Virus record (IMG/VR): IMGVR_UViG_3300047564_002155
Location: 64,001-128,000 of that record
Source: a virus
Direction: 5' to 3' (one strand)
DNA: 64,000 bases
Shown: positions 30,836 to 39,294 of the stretch, one piece after another
Layout: each line of letters opens with the position of its first letter
Position numbering within the stretch: position 1 is the stretch's first letter
Made by a program: the position numbers and the translations under genes
The notes under the pieces: generated by a model
Database searches by the model: none
What the model was told of the DNA's origin: nothing
What the model saw: only the letters and a program-made list of their open reading frames with translations

Positions 30836-31366
30836 ATGGCGTTATTTGGTGGTCAGAGAGATATGTCTTTGTTTAGAACATTAAACAAGGAACTTATCAA
30901 TGATATTATTGATACTGAAGTTTATTTTTTTAAATTCGCTATAAGTGAAACAAAAAACAATTTATACGGAGAAAGTAAAAATAAACAATATTACAATCCT
31001 GTAAAAATTCCGTGTCTAATAGAGTACAATACCCTTGAACAAATTTCAGATGAGTTTGGTCAGTATTATTCAAGAAATGTTGAATTTAGATTTCTTCGTG
31101 ATACTTTAAAAGATGACAAAGATATACATCCGGATGTGGGTGATATTGTTGAATGGAATCACGAATATTTCCAAATTGATTCGGTAGCAGAATCTCAATT
31201 ATTTGCAGGTAAGAATCCAGATACTTGGGATGGTGGTGAAAGTCAAGGTTATTCAATATCATTTATATGTGCTGCACATATGACACGACAATCTACTATT
31301 AATTTAGTTGATAACCGATTTGGTAATTCTAATAACACAACTAATACAATACCGGTGGGAATTTAA
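30836..31366 (+). CDS. Neck/head-closure protein (gp14-like)
   Basis: NLYGES and PDVGDIV motifs, and synteny. Confidence 0.65.
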   Translation: MALFGGQRDMSLFRTLNKELINDIIDTEVYFFKFAISETKNNLYGESKNKQYYNPVKIPCLIEYNTLEQISDEFGQYYSRNVEFRFLRDTLKDDKDIHPDVGDIVEWNHEYFQIDSVAESQLFAGKNPDTWDGGESQGYSISFICAAHMTRQSTINLVDNRFGNSNNTTNTIPVGI

Positions 31367-32169
31367 TGGCAAATCGTTATAGAGTAGTTGACCCTAATAA
31401 GCCGGACTTGAGACAAACACAAAGTTCTACTCAAGATGACCCTGTATTAAACAAAGCGAACCAGGTTCGTAGAGATACTGATAATGTTAAAAACATTTCA
31501 ATTGGATTATACGATATTGACCTTGCGTTTAAAGATTTTTTGGAAAGAGATGTAAAGCCAATGGTCAATGAAAATGGCCAGTTAGTTCAAGTTCCGGTGA
31601 TGTATGCAAATCCAGAGAAGTGGAAATCTGCCCAACAAGACCTTTTTATGAGGGATGATAATGGAATGATTTTAACACCTGTGATTGTATTTAAAAGAAA
31701 TTCTATGTCTCCAAATACGGATATGGCAAAACTAAAAGTTATAAATGCTGAAGATGCTAATCAGATGTTTGAAAGAACATATACAAGGGACAATAGATAC
31801 GACCAATTTTCAATATTGACAGGTCAAAAACCTTCTAAAGAATACTATGCTGTTGAAAAGCCGGATTATGTAAACGTGGAATATTCTACCATTGTTTGGT
31901 GTGATTACCAAGAGCAAGTAAATAAAATTGTAGAACAAATTGTATTTTTCCAAGGTCGTTCTTTTGGTGATAGATATAAATTTGTAGTAAAGTCAGATTC
32001 TTATCAATTTGAAACTATTGCAGATTTAGGTCAAGATAGAATAACCAAAGCCGAAATTACTCTACAAGTAAAAGCATACCTATTGCCAGAATTCGCTGGA
32101 ATTAAAAACAATACCAGAAAAACATTTTCAGTTGGTAAAATTATATGGAATGAAAGTTACGACCTGTAA
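31366..32169 (+). CDS. Tail terminator/sheath stabiliser (gp15-like)
   Basis: VPVMYANPEKW motif, and position before the sheath gene. Confidence 0.65.
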   Translation: MANRYRVVDPNKPDLRQTQSSTQDDPVLNKANQVRRDTDNVKNISIGLYDIDLAFKDFLERDVKPMVNENGQLVQVPVMYANPEKWKSAQQDLFMRDDNGMILTPVIVFKRNSMSPNTDMAKLKVINAEDANQMFERTYTRDNRYDQFSILTGQKPSKEYYAVEKPDYVNVEYSTIVWCDYQEQVNKIVEQIVFFQGRSFGDRYKFVVKSDSYQFETIADLGQDRITKAEITLQVKAYLLPEFAGIKNNTRKTFSVGKIIWNESYDL

Positions 32170-32203
32170 TTCTATATTTATACTATATTAAAGAGATTTT
32201 ATT

Positions 32204-32482
32204 ATGGAAAAAACAGTTATATCACTTACCGAAGAAGAAGTAACAAAGATAAATGTGTTACAATCGGGTATCTTACAATCACTTGCTAGATTAGGCGAAA
32301 TTGAAATAGAGAAGCTTGAACTTGAGAGTGTTTATAAGTCTTTGAACGAAGAAACCGACCAACTCATAAGTCGTTACAACACTTTAAAAGAAAATGAAGG
32401 AAAACTCGCACAAGAATTAAAACAAAAGTATGGCGAGGGTGGGGTAGATTTAGAAAACAATACTTTCGTTCCTAAACAATAA
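32204..32482 (+). CDS. Hypothetical coiled-coil protein
   Basis: ORF with a late-type promoter motif and the C-terminus KYGEGGVDLENNTFVP. Confidence 0.6.
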   Translation: MEKTVISLTEEEVTKINVLQSGILQSLARLGEIEIEKLELESVYKSLNEETDQLISRYNTLKENEGKLAQELKQKYGEGGVDLENNTFVPKQ

Positions 32483-32557
32483 TTATTGTGTTTCCCTAAT
32501 TTTCTTGGTATTTATTAGTAAGGAAAATTCCAAAAATAGAACATTAGGAGAAAAATA

Positions 32558-34903
32558 ATGGCTGAAAGAATTGTTAGTCCAGGTGTCTTCACAAGAGAAA
32601 AAGACCTCTCATTCTTACCTGCGGGTATTGCTGAGATTGGTGGTGCTCTTATCGGACAAACTATCAAGGGTCCTGCATTCGTTCCAACGAGAGTAGAATC
32701 ATTTAACGAGTTTCAACAAAAATTTGGTGGTTTGACCGAAGATTCATATCTTCCTTACACCGCACAATCATACTTACAAGACGCTTCAAACGCAACTATC
32801 GTTAGAGTATTGGGTTCCGCTGGTTATACCGCACAACCAATCGCGTTGGTAGTTTCGGGTGCTGCTGGTCAAAAAGTAGCTGCTGTGTTACACCCAACCA
32901 CGACTACATTTGGTGGGGATTATGTAGGTTCATCACTTTCGGTTGTAGGTGCAAGTGGATTAAATACCGCTTCATTATTCCTTTTGAATTTAACAGGTAG
33001 TTCTATCCCAGCTAATACAACGGTAAGTGCTTCTTTAAATCCAAGTTCAGAAAATTACTTTACAAAAGCTTACGGATATGCTCCTAAATCTACAAAGGCT
33101 GCATACACCTATATGAATTTTTCTACATTTCAGTCAGCATCTTTTGCAGCTTCAAATTCATCTTCAATAACTTTTGTAACCGCTTCAGTTGATTTAACGA
33201 ACGAATATTCACACGCATCAACTCCGTACATTAAATCACAAAAAGTTGGTGGTGTAGCTACGAACTTATTCAAAGTTCACACCCTTTCACACGGTAATGC
33301 TACAAACTACGAGTTTAAAGTTGGTATCCGTGATATCAAACCCGCTTCTGAAGTTCCAGGTTCTGAATACGGAACATTCACTTTACAAGTTCGTAGAGTA
33401 GATACTGCAAAAGTTCCTTACTCTATTTTTGGAACAAATGTCCAAGACGCAGACACACGACCAAACATCGTAGAAGAGTTTACAGGTCTTAACCTTGACC
33501 CAAATTCACCAAATTACATCGCAAGAGTAATTGGTGACCAATACATTACGGTTGATGCAAATGGTAAATTATCAACAAATGGTGATTATCCCAACGCATC
33601 TGCTCACATCCGTGTTGAAATGGAAGCTGATGTAACAAATGGTGCTATTGACCCATCTTTAGTTCCTTTTGGATTCGGTGCTTTAACAAACCCACTTAAT
33701 AGTTCATATACTTTGCCAGACCCATCTTATGTTGTATCTCAATCTTTAGGTGGTGTAGTAAATACTAAAGTATTCCTTGGATACGATTACGACTTTAGTA
33801 CAACTGACAATTTGAACTTCTTATTACCACTTGGTTCTACAACTGTTGTTGGTTCTGACTTTGATTTGGCTACTTGTCACTCAAATGGTTCTACAATCTC
33901 TTTAACATCTGATGTAGATGCTAAAAAATTCATCGTACCTTTCCAAGGTGGTTTTGATGGTTGGGAACCAAACCGAGTAATTCTTACCGGTAATTCTATT
34001 GTTGCTGGTAACACTCAAGGTTTAGATTGTTCTTCCGCTACCGCTGCTGGTACGGTTGCAGTAAGAAAAGCTATCAACGCAATTTCAAACCCTGATGAAT
34101 TTGACATCAATATGGTTGTTCTTCCGGGTATTTTACATAGATTACACTCATCAGTAACCACATTCGCTAAAGATATGTGTGAAGATAGACAAGATTGTTT
34201 CTATGTAATGGACGCTGGTGAATATGGTAATTCAAACGCTACGGTTGTAAACGCTTTAACTTCGTTTGACTCTAACTATGTTGCTACTTACCATCCTTGG
34301 GTTAAAATCCTTGATACTGACAAAAACAAGCCAGTATGGGTTCCGCCAAGTGTTGTTCTTCCTGGCGTGATTGCTTTCAACGATTCAGTTGCTGCTGAAT
34401 GGTACGCTCCCGCAGGTTTGAATCGTGGTGGTTTGACTGATGTAATTGAAGTTAAGACTCGTTTGACTCACGCTGAAAGAGATACACTTTACGAAGGTCG
34501 TGTAAACCCAATCGCTACATTCCCTGGCCAAGGTGCTACGGTATTCGGTCAAAAGACCTTACAAGCTAGACCATCCGCTTTGGATAGAATTAATGTAAGA
34601 AGATTGTTGATTGCTGTTAAGAAATACATCGCATCTTCTACAAGATACTTGGTATTTGAACAAAACACCGCTGCTACAAGAAACCGCTTCTTGTCAATCG
34701 TAAACCCATACTTGGAATCAATCCAACAAAGAAATGGTCTTTACGCTTTCCGTGTGGTAATGGATGAAACTAATAATACTCCAGATGTAATTGATAGAAA
34801 CATCTTGGTAGGTGAAATTTACTTACAACCTACAAAGACTGCTGAATTTATTGTCTTGGATTTCAACATTCTTCCTACGGGTGCTGCATTCCCTGGAGCA
34901 TAA
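32558..34903 (+). CDS. Tail sheath protein (gp18-like)
   Basis: SPGVFTREKD, WYAPAGLNRG, FGQKTLQ, DRINVRRL and PTKTAEFI motifs. Confidence 0.95.
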   Translation: MAERIVSPGVFTREKDLSFLPAGIAEIGGALIGQTIKGPAFVPTRVESFNEFQQKFGGLTEDSYLPYTAQSYLQDASNATIVRVLGSAGYTAQPIALVVSGAAGQKVAAVLHPTTTTFGGDYVGSSLSVVGASGLNTASLFLLNLTGSSIPANTTVSASLNPSSENYFTKAYGYAPKSTKAAYTYMNFSTFQSASFAASNSSSITFVTASVDLTNEYSHASTPYIKSQKVGGVATNLFKVHTLSHGNATNYEFKVGIRDIKPASEVPGSEYGTFTLQVRRVDTAKVPYSIFGTNVQDADTRPNIVEEFTGLNLDPNSPNYIARVIGDQYITVDANGKLSTNGDYPNASAHIRVEMEADVTNGAIDPSLVPFGFGALTNPLNSSYTLPDPSYVVSQSLGGVVNTKVFLGYDYDFSTTDNLNFLLPLGSTTVVGSDFDLATCHSNGSTISLTSDVDAKKFIVPFQGGFDGWEPNRVILTGNSIVAGNTQGLDCSSATAAGTVAVRKAINAISNPDEFDINMVVLPGILHRLHSSVTTFAKDMCEDRQDCFYVMDAGEYGNSNATVVNALTSFDSNYVATYHPWVKILDTDKNKPVWVPPSVVLPGVIAFNDSVAAEWYAPAGLNRGGLTDVIEVKTRLTHAERDTLYEGRVNPIATFPGQGATVFGQKTLQARPSALDRINVRRLLIAVKKYIASSTRYLVFEQNTAATRNRFLSIVNPYLESIQQRNGLYAFRVVMDETNNTPDVIDRNILVGEIYLQPTKTAEFIVLDFNILPTGAAFPGA

Positions 34904-34946
34904 TTTGAAGAATGATATATTTATAAGAAAGATTAGGAGAATTTAA

Positions 34947-35435
34947 ATGGCAAATTTACTCACACCGCAGGAGATAATGTTTACGAACTTTGAACCTAAA
35001 ATGTCAAACAGGTTCATTATGTATATTGAAGGAATTCCAGCATATCTCATCAAAGCGGCTAACCGCCCTGAAATTCAGAATGGTAAAGTGACTATTGACC
35101 ATATCAACACTCGTAGATATGTAAAAGGTCGTTCTGAATGGCAAGATTTAACCATCAGTTTGTATGACGCAGTTGTTCCATCTGCGGCTCAAGCTGTAAT
35201 GGAGTGGGTTCGTTTGACTCACGAATCGGTAACAGGTCGTGATGGTTATTCAGATTTCTACAAAAAAGACATCGTGTTTAACTCATTAGGTCCGGTTGGT
35301 GATAAAGTTGAAGAATGGACATTGAAAGGTGCTTTTATTCAGACTGCAAAATTTTCTGATATGGATTACACCGGTGAAGATTTGGCTACTGTAGATTTAA
35401 CATTGACTTACGATTACGCTATCTTACAATACTAA
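34947..35435 (+). CDS. Tail tube protein (gp19-like)
   Basis: Follows the sheath gene and contains WQDLTISLYD, YKKDI and EEWTLKGAF. Confidence 0.88.
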   Translation: MANLLTPQEIMFTNFEPKMSNRFIMYIEGIPAYLIKAANRPEIQNGKVTIDHINTRRYVKGRSEWQDLTISLYDAVVPSAAQAVMEWVRLTHESVTGRDGYSDFYKKDIVFNSLGPVGDKVEEWTLKGAFIQTAKFSDMDYTGEDLATVDLTLTYDYAILQY

Positions 35436-35454
35436 TTTAGGATTGAAAAATGAG

Positions 35455-35480
35455 AAACCCCACTTCGGTGGGGTTTTTTT
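35455..35480 (+). terminator. Rho-independent terminator with C(UUCG)G loop
   Basis: aaaccccac-ttcg-gtggggttt followed by a T run. Confidence 0.92.
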
Positions 35481-35536
35481 GTTTTAAAAAGTTTTATTTT
35501 GATATTTATACATAGTTTAATTAAACGGAGACTAAA

Positions 35537-35776
35537 ATGATTAATATCGTTAGAAACAGAGATACCAAAATCGTATATGCTGTTGTAGGTGAGGGTAATT
35601 TGGTTATTACCGAAGGTACTACTACATATGATGGTGATATTTTTACAATTGATTCAGAATTTCCATATACTTGGGAATTTGGATATGAATGTGTTCAAGC
35701 AGAAGTTGAAGTACCTGAAGAATGGCACGGTTCAAAATACATTTTTGATAATGGAACTTGGACACTTGTAGTATAA
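35537..35776 (+). CDS. Hypothetical protein
   Basis: ORF with a GGAG SD and an upstream TATTTATA. Confidence 0.6.
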   Translation: MINIVRNRDTKIVYAVVGEGNLVITEGTTTYDGDIFTIDSEFPYTWEFGYECVQAEVEVPEEWHGSKYIFDNGTWTLVV

Positions 35777-35792
35777 TAAAAAAGAATAAGTT

Positions 35793-36659
35793 ATGACTCA
35801 AAATTTAAATGATGACTACTCAAACGAAAATGTAGTTGACCAATTAAGAAAAGAACACGAAATTAAGGAACTAAAAAACTATCAGTTTCCAACTGAAGTT
35901 ATTGAACTACCATCTCGTGGTCTAATATACCCTTCAGACAATCCGCTTTCAAGTGGTAAGGTTGAAATGAAATATATGACTGCAAAAGAAGAAGATATTC
36001 TTACAACACAATCGTATATTAAGGATGGTTCAGTTCTTGACCGATTATTTCAATCACTTATTGTTTCTAATGGTAATGGTCAACCTATTAAGTATGTTGA
36101 TTTGGTTACGGGCGACAAAAACGCAATTATGATTGCTGCTCGTGTATTGGGATATGGTAAAGACTACCAGGTAGAAGTAAACGACCCATTTACAGGCAAA
36201 AAGCAAAAAGAAACTATTGACCTTACTCAATTTGATAACAAACCATACGATGGCTCTGCTCAAGTAGCACCCCATACCAATGAGTTTGAATTTACCTTAC
36301 CTCGTTCTCAAAGAGCCGTAACCTTTATGGCTATGACTGAATCAAAAGAGCGTAGAGTAAAACACCAAGTTGAGGAGTTGAATAAAGCAAATCGTAAATT
36401 GAAGGATGAAACATCACGAGAACTTACGACTCGTTTAAAAACGATGATTCTTTCAGTTGATGGTGAAACTGATAGTAGAGTAATCAGTCAATTTGTAGAT
36501 AATGAATTATTTGCAGTTGACTCAAAAGCATTAAGAAACTATATCAACGAAGTTGTCCCTGATATTGACCTTAATTGGGAATTCATTTCAGAGGAAACGG
36601 GGGAAAGGAGGGAGATGATTCTACCGATGGATGTGACCTTTTTTTGGCCTAACTCCTGA
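35793..36659 (+). CDS. Baseplate hub assembly protein / tail assembly chaperone (gp26-like)
   Basis: ELPSRGLIY, MTAKEEDIL and GDKNAIMIAARVLGYG motifs, ending TFFWPNS. Confidence 0.75.
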   Translation: MTQNLNDDYSNENVVDQLRKEHEIKELKNYQFPTEVIELPSRGLIYPSDNPLSSGKVEMKYMTAKEEDILTTQSYIKDGSVLDRLFQSLIVSNGNGQPIKYVDLVTGDKNAIMIAARVLGYGKDYQVEVNDPFTGKKQKETIDLTQFDNKPYDGSAQVAPHTNEFEFTLPRSQRAVTFMAMTESKERRVKHQVEELNKANRKLKDETSRELTTRLKTMILSVDGETDSRVISQFVDNELFAVDSKALRNYINEVVPDIDLNWEFISEETGERREMILPMDVTFFWPNS

Positions 36660-36855
36660 ATATAGAAAACATCTTCATACTCACATTTTTGAATTGATAT
36701 ACCACGGAAATGGTGGATTTAATTTTAATGATGTTTACAATATGCCGGTTTGGGCCAGATTGTTTTATATTGGTAAAATAATTGAGTTTAAACAGCAAGA
36801 AAAGCAAGCTCACGACAAAGAAGCTGCTAAAATTCGTTCAAAAACAAGAAGATAA
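36640..36855 (+). CDS. gp51-like domain probably reached by a programmed frameshift from the upstream gene
   Basis: The +1 frame reads FFGLTPEYRKHLHTHIFELIYHGNGGFNFNDVYNMPVWARLFYIGK...RR*. It is bounded upstream by TGA at 36634, has no start codon near its 5' end and overlaps a T7 run. Confidence 0.7.
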   Translation, partial: FFGLTPEYRKHLHTHIFELIYHGNGGFNFNDVYNMPVWARLFYIGKIIEFKQQEKQAHDKEAAKIRSKTRR

Positions 36856-36856
36856 G

Positions 36857-36885
36857 GAATACCCGACACATTTGTTGGGTATTTC
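36857..36885 (+). terminator. Stem-loop, probable terminator
   Basis: gaatacccgaca-catt-tgttgggtattt. Confidence 0.55.
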
Positions 36886-36917
36886 TATATTTATACTATA
36901 TGATTAGAGGGAAAACT

Positions 36918-37124
36918 ATGAAATCACAAAAAATAGAAACCATTATTGAATCACTTCACAAAAGAGGTATGACCGAAGGTGGTATCCGTGATTTTTTAAA
37001 AAAGATTCAACTAGCTATCAAGACAAAACAACTTGATAAATTGACCAATGACCCTGAATATCAAAAAATCATAAAGCAATATAACATTAAGCCGGTTGAT
37101 TGGACTAAAAACTACGACTATTGA
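36918..37124 (+). CDS. Hypothetical protein
   Basis: ATG at 36918 after GAGGG; a late motif lies upstream. Confidence 0.55.
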   Translation: MKSQKIETIIESLHKRGMTEGGIRDFLKKIQLAIKTKQLDKLTNDPEYQKIIKQYNIKPVDWTKNYDY

Positions 37125-37138
37125 GTTTAAAGGTATAA

Positions 37139-39286
37139 ATGGCCAATAAAGATACTCAAGATAGAATAAACGCCTTACGACAAGAGGAACAACTTCAGCG
37201 TAATCTTCAGACTATGCTGAATGACAGACTTACGACCTCTGGTAAGTTAACCAAAGCTCAAGAAGAGCTATCTCAATCTTTATTGCAAACAAGTGACCTT
37301 GAAGATAAGCTTTTAACCATTCAAAACAAAAAGGATGAAATCCTTAAAAAATATAATGGTAATCAAAAAGAATTAGGTAAAAAGTTGTTAGAACAACTTG
37401 AAACTATGGAAGAATACCTAAAAATTGAAAAGAAGCGAAAAGATAAAGCAGATGAAATAAAAGATTTGATAGATGGTACACGAGATAGTCTATTAGAATC
37501 GGTTGGTCTTTCATCTGAAATGTTTAAAAACGGAATCAAGTTTGGTCTTGGTATGATGGTTGCTAAAAAGGCAGCTGATATGGTATCAACCGCATTTGAA
37601 TCTACAGTGGGTCTTGCTAAAGAAATGTATCTCAATATGGGAACTACCGCAGGTGAAGCTGCGAGAGTTGGTGCTGAAGTGACTCAAGCAAGTTTATCTA
37701 TGACCGGACTTTTATATGGGTCTGAAGCGGTTGCCGAAGCTGCAAAGTCAACCGCCGAATACTTTGGAAGCACGCACGTGATTAGTTCAGATATGTTAAA
37801 AAATGTAACTGAATTAGCTGCAATGATGGGTGATGGTGCTGGTGCTGCACAAATGAGCCAGATACTTCAAAGTGCAAGTGGTGATGCTGCAGGAATGACT
37901 GCTGAAATTAAAGAAATTGCCCAAGGTGTGGGTGTTGATGCTTCTGAAGTTTTTAAAGAAATGGGTAAAAATGCTAACTTATTAGTTGGTAAGTCAAAAG
38001 AAGAAATTAAGATACTTGCTAAAAAGACCGCTGAGTTGAAAAAACAAGGTATGTCAATGGATTTAATGAATTCGGTATCAGAAAATATGTTGGATATTGA
38101 GTCTTCGTTAAAAGCCGAAATGAAAGCTCGTGCGTTTGGTATGGATGTAAATACAGCCGCAATGCGTGAAGCTGCTCTTGCATATCAACAAACAGGTGAT
38201 GCTACTGCCTTGAGTAAAGCTTTAGAAGAACAAATCGGAACCGCTGAGGAGTTTGGTAAAATGGGTCCAATGCAGCAAAGAATTTACGCAGATTCTTTGG
38301 GTATGACTGCTGAAGAAATTACTCAAATGTTGACTAAACAAGAAGCCCTAGCTAATCAAATAGAAATACTTGGTGAAGACGGTGCAAACGCATATAACAA
38401 AATAAAAGAAGGCGCTATGGGATTTGGTAGTGCTATGATGGGTGTATTACCCGTTTTAGCTCAATCGGTGGGCCTTATGAAAGGGCTTGGAGTTAAGACC
38501 GAAATATTTGGTGGTATTGGTAAAAAAGGCGGAGCGGCTCCAACCCCAGCACCAGGTGGTGGTGAAAAGAGTGGTGGTATGATGAAGGGTATGACTGATG
38601 CTATATCCAAAATTGATGCTAAAAAATTACTTGCCGGTGGTGCTGCTCTTGTATTAGTTGCAGCTTCAGTATTTGTATTCGCTAAAGCAGTTCAAGAATT
38701 TATGAATGTTTCTTGGGAAGCTGTGGGTATGGCAGTTGTATCTATGTTGGCTCTTGTTGGAGCGCTCGCATTGGTGGGTGCTATAATGATGAGTGGTGTA
38801 GGTGCTGTTGCTATTCTTGCTGGTGCTGCTGCTATGTTGGTAATCGCTGCTGCTTTATTTGTTCTTGGTAAAGCTATCCAAGAAATAGCTACCGGATTTG
38901 GAATGATGGGTGAACTAACCACACAATTAACCGCATTGGTGTTAATTGCTCCGGGTCTGATGGCTTTGGCTGGTATTTTTGGAATGTTGGGTATTGGGTT
39001 AGTAGGTATGAGTGTGGGACTTGCTGCAGTGACTTTATTTCTACCAACTTTATTATTACTCGCAGCTACTTTACCTTTGATTTCATCCGCACTTGGAATG
39101 GGTGGTGGTGATGGTGGTGCTGCTAGTGGTGGTGGAAATGCTAACGACCCATTATTAGAAGAGATTAAAGGTCTCCGAGCAGACATTCAGTCACAACCAA
39201 TAGTTATTAAAGTAAACGACAAGTTAGTCACGGAAATGAGCCGAGCTAATTCTCGTATGGAAACCGTAAGAAGACAACATAGATAA
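37139..39286 (+). CDS. Tape measure protein
   Basis: Long Ala/Gly-rich helical protein with a hydrophobic C-terminal region, downstream of the tube and chaperone genes. Confidence 0.8.
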   Translation: MANKDTQDRINALRQEEQLQRNLQTMLNDRLTTSGKLTKAQEELSQSLLQTSDLEDKLLTIQNKKDEILKKYNGNQKELGKKLLEQLETMEEYLKIEKKRKDKADEIKDLIDGTRDSLLESVGLSSEMFKNGIKFGLGMMVAKKAADMVSTAFESTVGLAKEMYLNMGTTAGEAARVGAEVTQASLSMTGLLYGSEAVAEAAKSTAEYFGSTHVISSDMLKNVTELAAMMGDGAGAAQMSQILQSASGDAAGMTAEIKEIAQGVGVDASEVFKEMGKNANLLVGKSKEEIKILAKKTAELKKQGMSMDLMNSVSENMLDIESSLKAEMKARAFGMDVNTAAMREAALAYQQTGDATALSKALEEQIGTAEEFGKMGPMQQRIYADSLGMTAEEITQMLTKQEALANQIEILGEDGANAYNKIKEGAMGFGSAMMGVLPVLAQSVGLMKGLGVKTEIFGGIGKKGGAAPTPAPGGGEKSGGMMKGMTDAISKIDAKKLLAGGAALVLVAASVFVFAKAVQEFMNVSWEAVGMAVVSMLALVGALALVGAIMMSGVGAVAILAGAAAMLVIAAALFVLGKAIQEIATGFGMMGELTTQLTALVLIAPGLMALAGIFGMLGIGLVGMSVGLAAVTLFLPTLLLLAATLPLISSALGMGGGDGGAASGGGNANDPLLEEIKGLRADIQSQPIVIKVNDKLVTEMSRANSRMETVRRQHR

Positions 39287-39294
39287 AGGTTGAT

